From NCBI GenBank assembly GCA_030651475.1, contig JAUSEW010000027.1, positions 41,553-105,552 of the forward strand: a DNA stretch of 64,000 bases, written 5' to 3'. Of the stretch, positions 1 through 8,623 are shown piece by piece. Each line of letters begins with the position of its first letter. Position 1 is the first letter of the stretch. Origin of the DNA: Candidatus Levyibacteriota bacterium. GTDB taxonomy: Bacteria > Patescibacteriota > Microgenomatia > Levybacterales > UBA12049. Both the position numbers and the translations under genes were made by a program. The notes under the pieces were generated by a model, which saw nothing but the letters and a program-made list of their open reading frames with translations, had not been told where the DNA came from and did no database searches.

Positions 1-933
1 ATACCCGCTATATTTGAGAAACAATATGTTATCGGTCTTGAAATTTTTAATTTGAATACTAATTTCCCGGATTTATATCAATTAATTTTTCCTTCATGGG
101 GATCAGGTTTTTTTGGAACAAATATGGCTACAGAAATGTCTATCCAAATAGGAGTAGCCAATATTTTTGCGGTATTTATAAGCCTATACGTTGGATACAT
201 GTTTTTTAGAAAGAAAAAAATAGAATATAGAATAATTTTCTTTTTTATAATATCTTTTATAATTCTTTTATTTTTAATGCAAAAAATTTCCTATCCGATT
301 TGGGCCAACATTCCGCTCGTAAATTATTTTCAATTTCCATGGAGACTTTTAAGCCTTGTTATATTAATCGCTTCATTTCTAGCAGGGAGTATTGTTTTTT
401 ATTGGAAGTCATGGGTTTTGACAATCATTATGATTGCTTTTACTTTTCTTTTGGGAATTGAATACGCAAAACCAGCGTATTATCACTATAGAGATGATTC
501 TTACTATATAACGCGATCTAATTTTATAGATGGAACTAATAGTCCTGGAAACGCGTTCAATACGATTTTTTTTAATGAGAATTTAAAGAAACAAACAAAT
601 AAGGCATTTTTTCTAAAAGGGGATGGCGTTATAACGTCCAAGAAAATTACCAGCAGCTTTTACAATTTTAACATAGAGACTAAATACGAATCGGAAATAG
701 GTATAAATACGGCATATTTTCCAGGATGGTCGGTGTTTGTTGATAGTAAAAAGGTTAAGGTAAATGTAACCCCTAATGGACTTTTTTCTTTCAAGCTTAA
801 TTCGGGAAATCATGACGTAAAAATAGAGTTTGGATCTACAAGTCCAAGAACGATTGGCACAATTTCATCCCTTGTTTTTATATTATTGAGTTTATTTTTC
901 TTAACTAAAGATTTTTTCGCTAGGAACAAATAA
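1..933 (+). CDS. YfhO-like GT-C membrane protein, C-terminal ~310 aa. The gene is 5'-truncated by the window edge (the frame is open from nt 1; the listed TTG 'start' at 52 is artificial).
   Basis: Several predicted TM helices. The C-terminal motif ...AYFPGWSVFVDSKKV...GNHDVKIEFGS... followed by a final TM helix is shared with the C-termini of 46713..50111 and 50482..52401. This matches my memory of the YfhO-family C-terminus. Confidence 0.45.
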   Translation: MPAIFEKQYVIGLEIFNLNTNFPDLYQLIFPSWGSGFFGTNMATEMSIQIGVANIFAVFISLYVGYMFFRKKKIEYRIIFFFIISFIILLFLMQKISYPIWANIPLVNYFQFPWRLLSLVILIASFLAGSIVFYWKSWVLTIIMIAFTFLLGIEYAKPAYYHYRDDSYYITRSNFIDGTNSPGNAFNTIFFNENLKKQTNKAFFLKGDGVITSKKITSSFYNFNIETKYESEIGINTAYFPGWSVFVDSKKVKVNVTPNGLFSFKLNSGNHDVKIEFGSTSPRTIGTISSLVFILLSLFFLTKDFFARNK

Positions 934-985
934 GCTAGAATATGCACTTTTTGATTTGGAATAAGAGCTCTATATTGCTGGGGGT

Positions 986-1927
986 CTATTTAGACGTATA
1001 CTTAATTATGCTTTTTACAATATATTTTGGTCGTTGTTTAACTTCTTCAAAGATTTTTCCTATATACTGTCCCAAAACACTAATTCCCAGGAGTTGAATC
1101 GCGCCGATGAATAAGACGATAACAAGAATAGTAGTTGTTCCTTGAGGAGTATTTGGCAGTAGAAATCTTAAAATTATTTGTACTATCATTGCGACAAGAG
1201 CGATAATAAAAACAGCGAACGAGACAAGAGTCATAATTTCTAAAGGAACATAGGAAAAAGAAAAAATTCCTTTTGATGCCCAATTAAGATTTTTAAGGAA
1301 ATTGTTAGTAGTTTTTCCAAACATTCTTTCAGGACGCATATAAGGAACACCTATTTGCTTAAATCCTACCCATGCGCGTATTCCTCTTAGAAATCTATCT
1401 CTTTCAGGAAACGTTTTGATTATCTTTACTACTTTTTCATCAATCAAGGAGAAATCTCCAGCATCAAGAGGAATACGAATGTAAGACATCATATGAAATA
1501 TTCTGTAGAACAATTTATACAGAATTGACATATAGAGAGGTGCGTCTCTTTCTGTTCTTACTCCATATACAACATCATATCCTTCTTGCCATTTTTTATA
1601 GAATTTTTCTATAATTTCCGGAGGATCTTGGAGATCTCCATCTAGAAGCACAACCGCATCCCCGGATGCAATCTCCATCCCGCTTGTAAATGCCATTTGA
1701 GAATTGAAGTTTCTTGAATGATTTACCCCAATTACATGTTTGTCTTTTTTAGCTAATTGTTCTAGTACTTTTTCTGTATTATCCGGGCTACCATCATTTA
1801 CGAAAATTATTTCGTAATCCACTCCTATTTTTGTGAATACAAAGGACAGCCTTTTATGCATAATAGGAATTGCCTGTTCGTCTTTGTAGCAGGCAATAAT
1901 TGCAGATATTTTCTTTTTCACAGCCAT
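986..1927 (-). CDS. GT2 polyprenyl-phosphate sugar synthase (GtrB/CsbB/ArnC/DPM1-like) with C-terminal TM helices
   Basis: N-terminal GT-A motifs: ISAIIACYKDEQ...EIIFVNDGSPDNT...LLDGDLQDPPE. Two C-terminal hydrophobic helices. Confidence 0.8.
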   Translation of the reverse strand: MAVKKKISAIIACYKDEQAIPIMHKRLSFVFTKIGVDYEIIFVNDGSPDNTEKVLEQLAKKDKHVIGVNHSRNFNSQMAFTSGMEIASGDAVVLLDGDLQDPPEIIEKFYKKWQEGYDVVYGVRTERDAPLYMSILYKLFYRIFHMMSYIRIPLDAGDFSLIDEKVVKIIKTFPERDRFLRGIRAWVGFKQIGVPYMRPERMFGKTTNNFLKNLNWASKGIFSFSYVPLEIMTLVSFAVFIIALVAMIVQIILRFLLPNTPQGTTTILVIVLFIGAIQLLGISVLGQYIGKIFEEVKQRPKYIVKSIIKYTSK

Positions 1928-1931
1928 AATT

Positions 1932-2444
1932 TTATCTTCTTAAATTAATATACCACGGATCTTTACTTTTTATCATCTTTTTAACTACTTCCGGAATTTC
2001 TTGTAAGGTTTTTGGCCATTCCGCCTGAATGTTTTTAAATATTTTCATTATCTGTTTGTCTTCTTCCGCCCAATGACAAAGGGCATGGTCCAGATAATCT
2101 TTATTTCTTCCAGATCCTACTAATTTGACTGGAATTTGTTCATAATCAATATAGTTTCTAATTGTTTCAAATGGACGATAGAGAAGAAATGAACTCATTG
2201 AATAAACAATAGGTATTTTACCTTCTAAGGCGAGGCCTACTGCAATTCCCATCATAGCTTGTTCTGCGGCTCCGCAATTTATAAACCTCTTGGGGAAGTC
2301 CTGTCGTATGCGATCAAATACCTTATATCCTAAGTCGCCAACAACTAACCATATTTTAGGATTTTTCACCATGTTTTTATAAAGCTCATAAGCGAACCAT
2401 CCCCGCATGCTTTCGTGTCTGTATTTTATATCAAATCCCATCAT
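1932..2444 (-). CDS. Transketolase, C-terminal subunit (split transketolase)
   Basis: Pyrimidine-binding/C-terminal transketolase-like sequence (GIAVGLALEGKIPIVYSMSSFL...). A 4-nt ATGA overlap with the upstream N-terminal subunit gene. Confidence 0.7.
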   Translation of the reverse strand: MMGFDIKYRHESMRGWFAYELYKNMVKNPKIWLVVGDLGYKVFDRIRQDFPKRFINCGAAEQAMMGIAVGLALEGKIPIVYSMSSFLLYRPFETIRNYIDYEQIPVKLVGSGRNKDYLDHALCHWAEEDKQIMKIFKNIQAEWPKTLQEIPEVVKKMIKSKDPWYINLRR

Positions 2445-3103
2445 TTTAATAATTCTAAAGCTTTTTCATAATCCTGATTTGTCATAATGTAGTAATGAGC
2501 ATCTTGACCTTTTAAGAAAGGCAGCTGCTGAACATCTGTTCGTTTAATGATGATGTCTGGGCAAAATGCTTTTAGTCTTTTTATTAATTCCATAGAATTA
2601 ATTTTACCGTAAGCTCCATATCCGTTAAGGTTTACGTACACCTTTAAATTATCTAAATTGTTGTCTGTTTTTATTCTCAATGCTTCCCAAATAGATCCTT
2701 CAGCTGCCTCTCCGTCGCTTATCATGCAATAAACATTCTTTGTCTTATTAGCCATTGCCATGCCTAAGGCAATCGGTAAGCCTTGTCCAAGACTTCCAGT
2801 CGTGCACCATATGCCATTTTTTTCATCTCTGCCGGCATGTATCCCATGTTTTTTTAGCAGATATTCTGGATTTCGTCTTTCATGTTTTTCCAAAACACAA
2901 TAGAGAGCAATAGCAGCGTGTCCCTCGGATAATATAAATTTTTCACCTTTTCTTTTCAAATTATATATTTCTTCTATAATATCCAGAGCGGTTAAGCAAC
3001 TCCCTATGTGAGTTTTTTTATATTTATAGGATATTTCAATTATTCTTTTTTTTAAGTCTTTATTTTTCATATAATTTAAGGTACCATTTATAAGTTTCCT
3101 CAA
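2441..3103 (-). CDS. Transketolase, N-terminal TPP-binding subunit (split transketolase)
   Basis: GHAAIALYCVLEKH...GSLGQGLPIALGMAMA thiamine-diphosphate binding motifs. The real start may be the internal Met (MKNKDL...), which would reduce the 44-nt overlap with the downstream gene. Confidence 0.7.
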   Translation of the reverse strand: MRKLINGTLNYMKNKDLKKRIIEISYKYKKTHIGSCLTALDIIEEIYNLKRKGEKFILSEGHAAIALYCVLEKHERRNPEYLLKKHGIHAGRDEKNGIWCTTGSLGQGLPIALGMAMANKTKNVYCMISDGEAAEGSIWEALRIKTDNNLDNLKVYVNLNGYGAYGKINSMELIKRLKAFCPDIIIKRTDVQQLPFLKGQDAHYYIMTNQDYEKALELLK

Positions 3104-4010
3104 GACCTTTTTCTAGACTAAACTTAGGTTTCCATTTTAGGAGTGTTTTGGTTTTTGAGATATCGGCAACCCAGTGTTGAGTGTCCCATATTCTTGTTGG
3201 ATATGCGCCTTTTTCTATTTTAACTTTCTTTTCAGTTATTTGAAAAAGCATTTTTATTACCTCATCATTGGTATATTCAATTCCAGTTCCCATATTTAAT
3301 ATCTGACCTGACAATTTTTTTCCATAGGATAAAGTTTTAATATACATATCAACAACATCTTTTATGTAGATAAAATCTCTGCGTTGTTTTCCTGGAGTAA
3401 GATTTATCGATTTGTCTTCAATTGCAGCTTTGATAATAGTGGGGATGAACCTGTCTTTCTCTTCATATTGTCCGTAAACGGAAAACGGTCTAAGGGTTAC
3501 GATTGGTTTTTTATATTCCCTTGCAAACACCTGACATAGAAGCGTAGCTGATGCTTTAGTAGCGGCATAAAAGCTTATGGGTTCAAGCAAGTCCTTTTCG
3601 TTCATTGGCTTATTTTTAAATCCGTATTCGGAAGAGGAACCTGTATTTATAAATATTGCATAATCAATATCCTTACTTGCCATAAGAAGATTAAGAGTGC
3701 CTTGGATATTAAGATTAATCATTTGTTTTATTGCCTGTTGGTTTCTGTAATTGCTATAAGTTGCTAGATGAATTATGATATCCGGTTTAATTTTACTTAC
3801 TGTTTTGGAAAGCCTTAGGCTGTCAAGAAGATCTATTTTGTATACTCTAATTTTAGAAACTATGTTTTCTAACCTCCAAAGGTCTGTATTTTTTCTTACG
3901 ATAAGATTAATATTATAACCTGTCTTCAGAAGCCGCCTAATCAAATTTGCTCCTATAAAACCAGCTCCTCCGGTAACAAGAACAGTTTTATTTGCTATAA
4001 TACTTTTCAT
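3060..4010 (-). CDS. NAD-dependent sugar-nucleotide epimerase/dehydratase (extended SDR)
   Basis: N-terminal VLVTGGAGFIGANL Rossmann motif and YAATK (YxxxK) catalytic motif. Confidence 0.75.
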   Translation of the reverse strand: MKSIIANKTVLVTGGAGFIGANLIRRLLKTGYNINLIVRKNTDLWRLENIVSKIRVYKIDLLDSLRLSKTVSKIKPDIIIHLATYSNYRNQQAIKQMINLNIQGTLNLLMASKDIDYAIFINTGSSSEYGFKNKPMNEKDLLEPISFYAATKASATLLCQVFAREYKKPIVTLRPFSVYGQYEEKDRFIPTIIKAAIEDKSINLTPGKQRRDFIYIKDVVDMYIKTLSYGKKLSGQILNMGTGIEYTNDEVIKMLFQITEKKVKIEKGAYPTRIWDTQHWVADISKTKTLLKWKPKFSLEKGLEETYKWYLKLYEK

Positions 4011-4905
4011 GGTTGATATTATATGTGCTTTGTGCGGTAAAAATCAACGTACAGAAGTTTTATACAAATCTACATTTAACAAAAGGCAGATAACTAGCGT
4101 TACTTACTCGGCGCGCAGACCTCCAGACAGAATTCATTATAAGATACTTAAATGCCAGAAATGCGGATTAATTTTCTCATCCCCTGTTCTTGAGCCTTCA
4201 AAAATAACAGAATTCTACAGAGAGAGCGTTTGCAGCTACGATGAACAAATCCCTTATCTTATTAAGGCATACATGAGAGAATTTCAGCGGATAGAACCTT
4301 TCTTACCCCAAAATCCAAAAATTTTAGAGATAGGATGCGGAAACGGATTTTTTCTTGAAGCGCTAAAGAAAAGGGGGATAAAAGATTTGTTTGGGGTAGA
4401 ACCTAGTCCGAAAATGGTTTCCGAGGCGCCTTCATATCTCAAAAAGAGGATTACTAGCGATGTTTTTAAGCAAAAACAATTTCCGAATAATAATTTTGAT
4501 GCTGTTTTATGTTTTCACACTCTAGATCATGTTGTCAATCTAAATAAATTCATTAAATCGGTTCGAGAAATTCTTAAACCCGGAGGATTTATTTTTTTTG
4601 TTGTACACAATACAGATAGTATATTTGCAAAACTCTTTGGAGAAAAATGGCCCATTTTTGATATTGAACACATAGTCCTTTTTAACAAGAAAACCCTACG
4701 CACTTTATTTTCTAAACACCAATTTATAAATATTCAGACACTTGATGTTAGAAACTTTTACCCTCTTTCTTATTACGTGAACATGAGTCCAATATCTTTA
4801 AAAATCAAGAATATTTTATTAAATATATTGAATAAATTTAAACTGCAAAATATTAGTTTCCCTTTGGTCGGGAGCAACATTGGAATTATTGCGCAAAAAA
4901 AGTAA
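4009..4905 (+). CDS. Class I SAM-dependent methyltransferase with N-terminal CxxC...CxxC zinc ribbon (short paralog of the TylC3-like C-methyltransferase at 23820..25055)
   Basis: CALCGKN...CQKCG zinc ribbon, then LEIGCGNGFF motif I. The ATG start overlaps the start codon of the divergent gene at 4008-4010. Confidence 0.6.
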   Translation: MVDIICALCGKNQRTEVLYKSTFNKRQITSVTYSARRPPDRIHYKILKCQKCGLIFSSPVLEPSKITEFYRESVCSYDEQIPYLIKAYMREFQRIEPFLPQNPKILEIGCGNGFFLEALKKRGIKDLFGVEPSPKMVSEAPSYLKKRITSDVFKQKQFPNNNFDAVLCFHTLDHVVNLNKFIKSVREILKPGGFIFFVVHNTDSIFAKLFGEKWPIFDIEHIVLFNKKTLRTLFSKHQFINIQTLDVRNFYPLSYYVNMSPISLKIKNILLNILNKFKLQNISFPLVGSNIGIIAQKK

Positions 4906-4943
4906 ATTTTGCTTAAAAAATCCTGCTTTGCTAGAATAAAGAT

Positions 4944-6017
4944 ATGGATATAGCTATTGACGTATCCCCGCTGATTGACGCTCGTAATCTTGCGCATAGA
5001 GTCCGGGGCACAGGATTTTATATAGAAAATCTTAAAAAATCCTTATTGCAATATTATCCACGCAATAAGTATACTTTTTTTACTCGAGGTGAAAATTTAC
5101 CCAAAGATACGGATTTGGTGCATTATCCTTATTTTGAACCATTCTTCTTAACATTACCAATTTACAAAAAATATAAGACAATAGTAACCGTTCACGACTT
5201 AACGCCTTTAGTTTTTCCGAAATTTTTTCCAAGAGGTATAAAAGGAGAACTGAAATGGCAGTTGCAGAAAATCGCCTTACGTAGGGCGGATGCTATAATT
5301 ACAGATTCGCAATCCTCGAAGAAAGATATCGTTAAGAAAGCTGGCATCTCGGACAGTAAAATAAATGTAGTATATTTAGCAGCAACAGAGAGCTTTAGGA
5401 AATTTAATCCTTTCGATCGTAGAATAGCTAAGGTAAAAAAGAAATTTGGTTTACCCGATAAGTTTATATTATACGTTGGAGATGTGACATGGAATAAGAA
5501 CTTGCCTAGGCTGGTAGAAGCGGTAAATAAAATAAACCTACCTCTTGTTATGGCGGGCAAAGCTTTAGTCGATAAATATTTCGATAAGACCAATCCATGG
5601 AATCAAGATCTGATTAAAGTTCAAGAGTTAGCTAAAGGAAGAAATAATATTTTTAGTTTGGGTTTCGTTGAGACGGAGGATTTAGTATCTTTATATAACT
5701 CAGCTACACTTTTCACTATGCCTTCGATATATGAAGGATTTGGTTTGCCAATTCTTGAAGCAATGCAATGCGGATGCCCGGTTGTTACTACGAAAGAAGG
5801 ATCAATACGAGAAGTTACAGGAGAAGCAGGTTTTTACGTTGACGCTTACGATATTAACGATATTTCTAATGGTATAAAAAAAGTGTTTACGAGCGATACT
5901 CTTGGGGAGGAGTTATCTAAAAAAGGGATCATTCAAGCAAAAAAGTTCTCCTGGGAAAAAACCGCAGAAGAAACCCTTAATGTATACAAAAAAGTAGTAA
6001 TGGATGCCACAATTTGA
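4944..6017 (+). CDS. Glycosyltransferase, GT4 family (GT-B fold)
   Basis: C-terminal EGFGLPILEAMQCGCPVVTT E-x7-E region and the typical GT4 two-domain layout. Confidence 0.8.
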   Translation: MDIAIDVSPLIDARNLAHRVRGTGFYIENLKKSLLQYYPRNKYTFFTRGENLPKDTDLVHYPYFEPFFLTLPIYKKYKTIVTVHDLTPLVFPKFFPRGIKGELKWQLQKIALRRADAIITDSQSSKKDIVKKAGISDSKINVVYLAATESFRKFNPFDRRIAKVKKKFGLPDKFILYVGDVTWNKNLPRLVEAVNKINLPLVMAGKALVDKYFDKTNPWNQDLIKVQELAKGRNNIFSLGFVETEDLVSLYNSATLFTMPSIYEGFGLPILEAMQCGCPVVTTKEGSIREVTGEAGFYVDAYDINDISNGIKKVFTSDTLGEELSKKGIIQAKKFSWEKTAEETLNVYKKVVMDATI

Positions 6018-6571
6018 TATCATATCTTAAGATGGAATTTATTAATATTTTAAATAAGGACAAATCCACGATCATTCAAGATGTCATTATGCACCCCTTA
6101 AAGATTAATAAGGATGAATCCGGGATATTGGTTGAGACTCTTAGAACGGATTGGTCTGATATTTACGGTAAAGGTAGAGAATTTGCGATGCAGTATTACT
6201 CTGTTACTCCAAGTGGAATCGCAAGGGATGAAAAAGTATGGCATTATCATCCGACAGTTCAGGAAGACAGATTTTTGGTTATCCAGGGATCAATAATGGT
6301 GGCAATAGCAGATAATCGTGAAGATTCTTCAACTTACGGATTACTCAATCTTTTCCATATGAAGGTTGATGATAATCCTTATGTTCTGTTAATTCCCAAA
6401 AAGGTTTTTCACGGTTTTATGGTAGTTTCTAAAGAACCAGCCGTTCTTCTTAATTTTCCAACTTCTCTTTATAGTCCAAAAGAGGAAGGCAGGATTTCCC
6501 ACAAAGAAGCCCAAATAAAGCTTCCTGATGGATCCTTATTCTCATGGGATAGCGTGCGAAAAAATCTATGA
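6014..6571 (+). CDS. RmlC-like cupin (sugar-nucleotide 3,5-epimerase or 3,4-ketoisomerase-like)
   Basis: ~185 aa. KDESGILVETLR and WHYHP motifs resemble dTDP-4-dehydrorhamnose 3,5-epimerase/cupin sugar isomerases. I cannot tell epimerase from ketoisomerase by eye. Confidence 0.45.
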   Translation: MISYLKMEFINILNKDKSTIIQDVIMHPLKINKDESGILVETLRTDWSDIYGKGREFAMQYYSVTPSGIARDEKVWHYHPTVQEDRFLVIQGSIMVAIADNREDSSTYGLLNLFHMKVDDNPYVLLIPKKVFHGFMVVSKEPAVLLNFPTSLYSPKEEGRISHKEAQIKLPDGSLFSWDSVRKNL

Positions 6572-7830
6572 GAAAAAAAATCCATCAGGTTATCGCGCAT
6601 CCCCTTATTTCAGGAAGTATAATAATTTTTCTTGGTTCATTATCGGCAAATATATTTAATTTTCTTTTTAACATTTTCATGAGTAGAAATCTTACGTTCT
6701 CCGATTATGGGGCATTGGCCAGCCTTATATCGATAATTACGCTTTTTGGTTTTTCGGCGGCAGGAATTGTTCCAACCATTGTTCGGTTTACAGGATCGTA
6801 TTTTGCTAAGGGAAATCTAGCATCAGTGAGGGGATTGTTCTTAAGAATGAACAAAATACTTTTTCTGGTTGGAGCAGTAATTTTCGCCATTTTTGTCTTA
6901 TATAGTCGCAATATAGGAGAGTTTTTTAGGATTAGTGATGAGTTTTTAATTATTCTTGTGGGGCTGAATGTTTTCGCGGGTTTTATCTTTATCATAAATC
7001 AAGCATTGCTTCAGGCAAAGCTGGATTTTATTTTTCTTTCAATAGTAATTTTTATAGGAGCTTTTTTAAAGTTTGTTGTTGGTGTTTCGCTGGTTTTTAC
7101 TGGATTTGCAGTGGGTGGCGCAATGTTGGCATTTTTCGTTGCAGGCTTGATTCCTTATTGTTTAACGTTTCTGCGCTTGCCTTTTTTGCTTCATCGAAGC
7201 GAAAAAAAAACTGTTATTAATTTCGTAACGATGTTCAAATATGCGGGTCCTGCAACATTGGCGTTTTTAGGACTTACTTCATTTATCTCAACAGACATTA
7301 TATTGGTAAAGCACTTTTTTGATCCGATACAGGCAGGAATATATGCGACCCTCTCTCTAATTGGAAGAGTCATTTTCTTTTTCTCGGCTCCTATTGGAAC
7401 GGTTATGTTTCCTCTTATTGTGCAGAAACATACGAAAAAAGAAAGTTATCATTCAATATTCGTCTTGTCTCTACTGCTGGTTTTTGTTGCTTCGGCACTT
7501 TTAACAATTTTCTATTTCTTATTCCCAGAGTTCATGCTATATGTTTTTAGCAAAAAAGAGGAAACAATTCTTGCTGCTCCGCTTGTTGGCTTTTTTGGAA
7601 TGTACGTAACTACGTATTCAATGCTTTTCATATGCACTAATTTCTATTTATCTATTAAAAAAACAAAAGTGTTTATTCCTGTACTTTTTGGGGCTATCCT
7701 TCAAGGAATATTAATATGGTTTTTCCATGAAACTTTTTTTCACATAATCGCTATTTCGCTTGGCATTACGGGTTTACTTCTTATTTTGCTTTTGCTATAT
7801 TACCTAAAGCTTTATGGCGAAACAAAATAA
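6568..7830 (+). CDS. Wzx-like polysaccharide/oligosaccharide flippase (MOP superfamily)
   Basis: 420 aa with about 12 hydrophobic helices and no soluble domain. The N-terminus is typical of polysaccharide biosynthesis (Wzx) proteins. Confidence 0.6.
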   Translation: MRKKIHQVIAHPLISGSIIIFLGSLSANIFNFLFNIFMSRNLTFSDYGALASLISIITLFGFSAAGIVPTIVRFTGSYFAKGNLASVRGLFLRMNKILFLVGAVIFAIFVLYSRNIGEFFRISDEFLIILVGLNVFAGFIFIINQALLQAKLDFIFLSIVIFIGAFLKFVVGVSLVFTGFAVGGAMLAFFVAGLIPYCLTFLRLPFLLHRSEKKTVINFVTMFKYAGPATLAFLGLTSFISTDIILVKHFFDPIQAGIYATLSLIGRVIFFFSAPIGTVMFPLIVQKHTKKESYHSIFVLSLLLVFVASALLTIFYFLFPEFMLYVFSKKEETILAAPLVGFFGMYVTTYSMLFICTNFYLSIKKTKVFIPVLFGAILQGILIWFFHETFFHIIAISLGITGLLLILLLLYYLKLYGETK

Positions 7831-8623
7831 AAGACAACATTTGGTATCCGTTATTATTCCCGCGTTCAAGCAGGAAAAAACGATTCGTGAAGATATACTG
7901 CGCATCAAAAATGTCATGGACGAATTACGGTATGATTATGAAATTATAGTTGTGGTCGATGGACAAGCGGACAAAACATTAGAAAATGCAAAAAAAGCGA
8001 GTTCTAATAAAGTCATAGTTGTAGGTTATGAGCATAATCATGGAAAGGGTTACGCTGTTAGGTATGGGATCGTGCATTCGAAAGGAGACATAGTTGGTTT
8101 TATTGATTCAGGAATGGATCTTAATCCAAATGGGCTTTCGATTATGCTTGAGCAATTTGAATGGCATAATGCGGATATTATAGTGGGCAGCAAACGCCAT
8201 CCAGCTTCTAGAGTTAAATATCCTTTAAGCAGGAAAATAATAAGTTTTCTGTCTCAAATTTTCATTAGATTACTTTTTGGCCTTAATGTACGAGATACGC
8301 AAGTTGGGATGAAATTTTTCAAAAGGGAGGTCATAGGGGATGTTTTCCCTAGATTGTTAGTTAAGGAATTCGCTTTTGATATAGAAATTTTGGTAGTAGC
8401 TTACAATCTGGGTTATAAAAAAATATTTGAGGCTCCCGTTGAAATCAAATATAACTTTGAGACAAGTTTGATTTCTCAAAGCTTAATGTCGGCATTATTT
8501 AAGACTTTTTGGGATTCTTTGGCGATTTTTTACCGGCTAAAAATCTTAAGATATTACGATAGTGCTAATAAAAGAAAATGGAGATATGATCCGGAATTGA
8601 ACCTTAGAGTTAACATAGGATGA
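7814..8623 (+). CDS. Glycosyltransferase, GT2 family
   Basis: VSVIIPAFKQEK...YEIIVVVDGQADKT GT-A N-terminal motifs. Confidence 0.75.
   Translation: MAKQNKRQHLVSVIIPAFKQEKTIREDILRIKNVMDELRYDYEIIVVVDGQADKTLENAKKASSNKVIVVGYEHNHGKGYAVRYGIVHSKGDIVGFIDSGMDLNPNGLSIMLEQFEWHNADIIVGSKRHPASRVKYPLSRKIISFLSQIFIRLLFGLNVRDTQVGMKFFKREVIGDVFPRLLVKEFAFDIEILVVAYNLGYKKIFEAPVEIKYNFETSLISQSLMSALFKTFWDSLAIFYRLKILRYYDSANKRKWRYDPELNLRVNIG

Noticed and set aside
613-813. Small antisense ORFs nested inside larger genes, from the six-frame track: 613..813, 1080..1283, 4773..4997, 5192..5593, 6114..6296, 6705..6995, 7191..7373, 12589..13023, 14634..14819, 16823..17008 and all similar ORFs further along the window
   Set aside because: All lie wholly within, and antisense or out of frame to, longer ORFs with clear protein-family motifs. 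Their translations are low-complexity (Lys/Phe/Ile-rich), as expected from AT-rich DNA. No support as genes.
6014-6571. Assigning the cupin protein specifically as RmlC (dTDP-rhamnose pathway)
   Set aside because: No RmlA/RmlB/RmlD set is evident in the window. The cupin could equally be a QdtA/FdtA-type 3,4-ketoisomerase partnering the aminotransferase/formyltransferase genes. These cannot be discriminated by eye.
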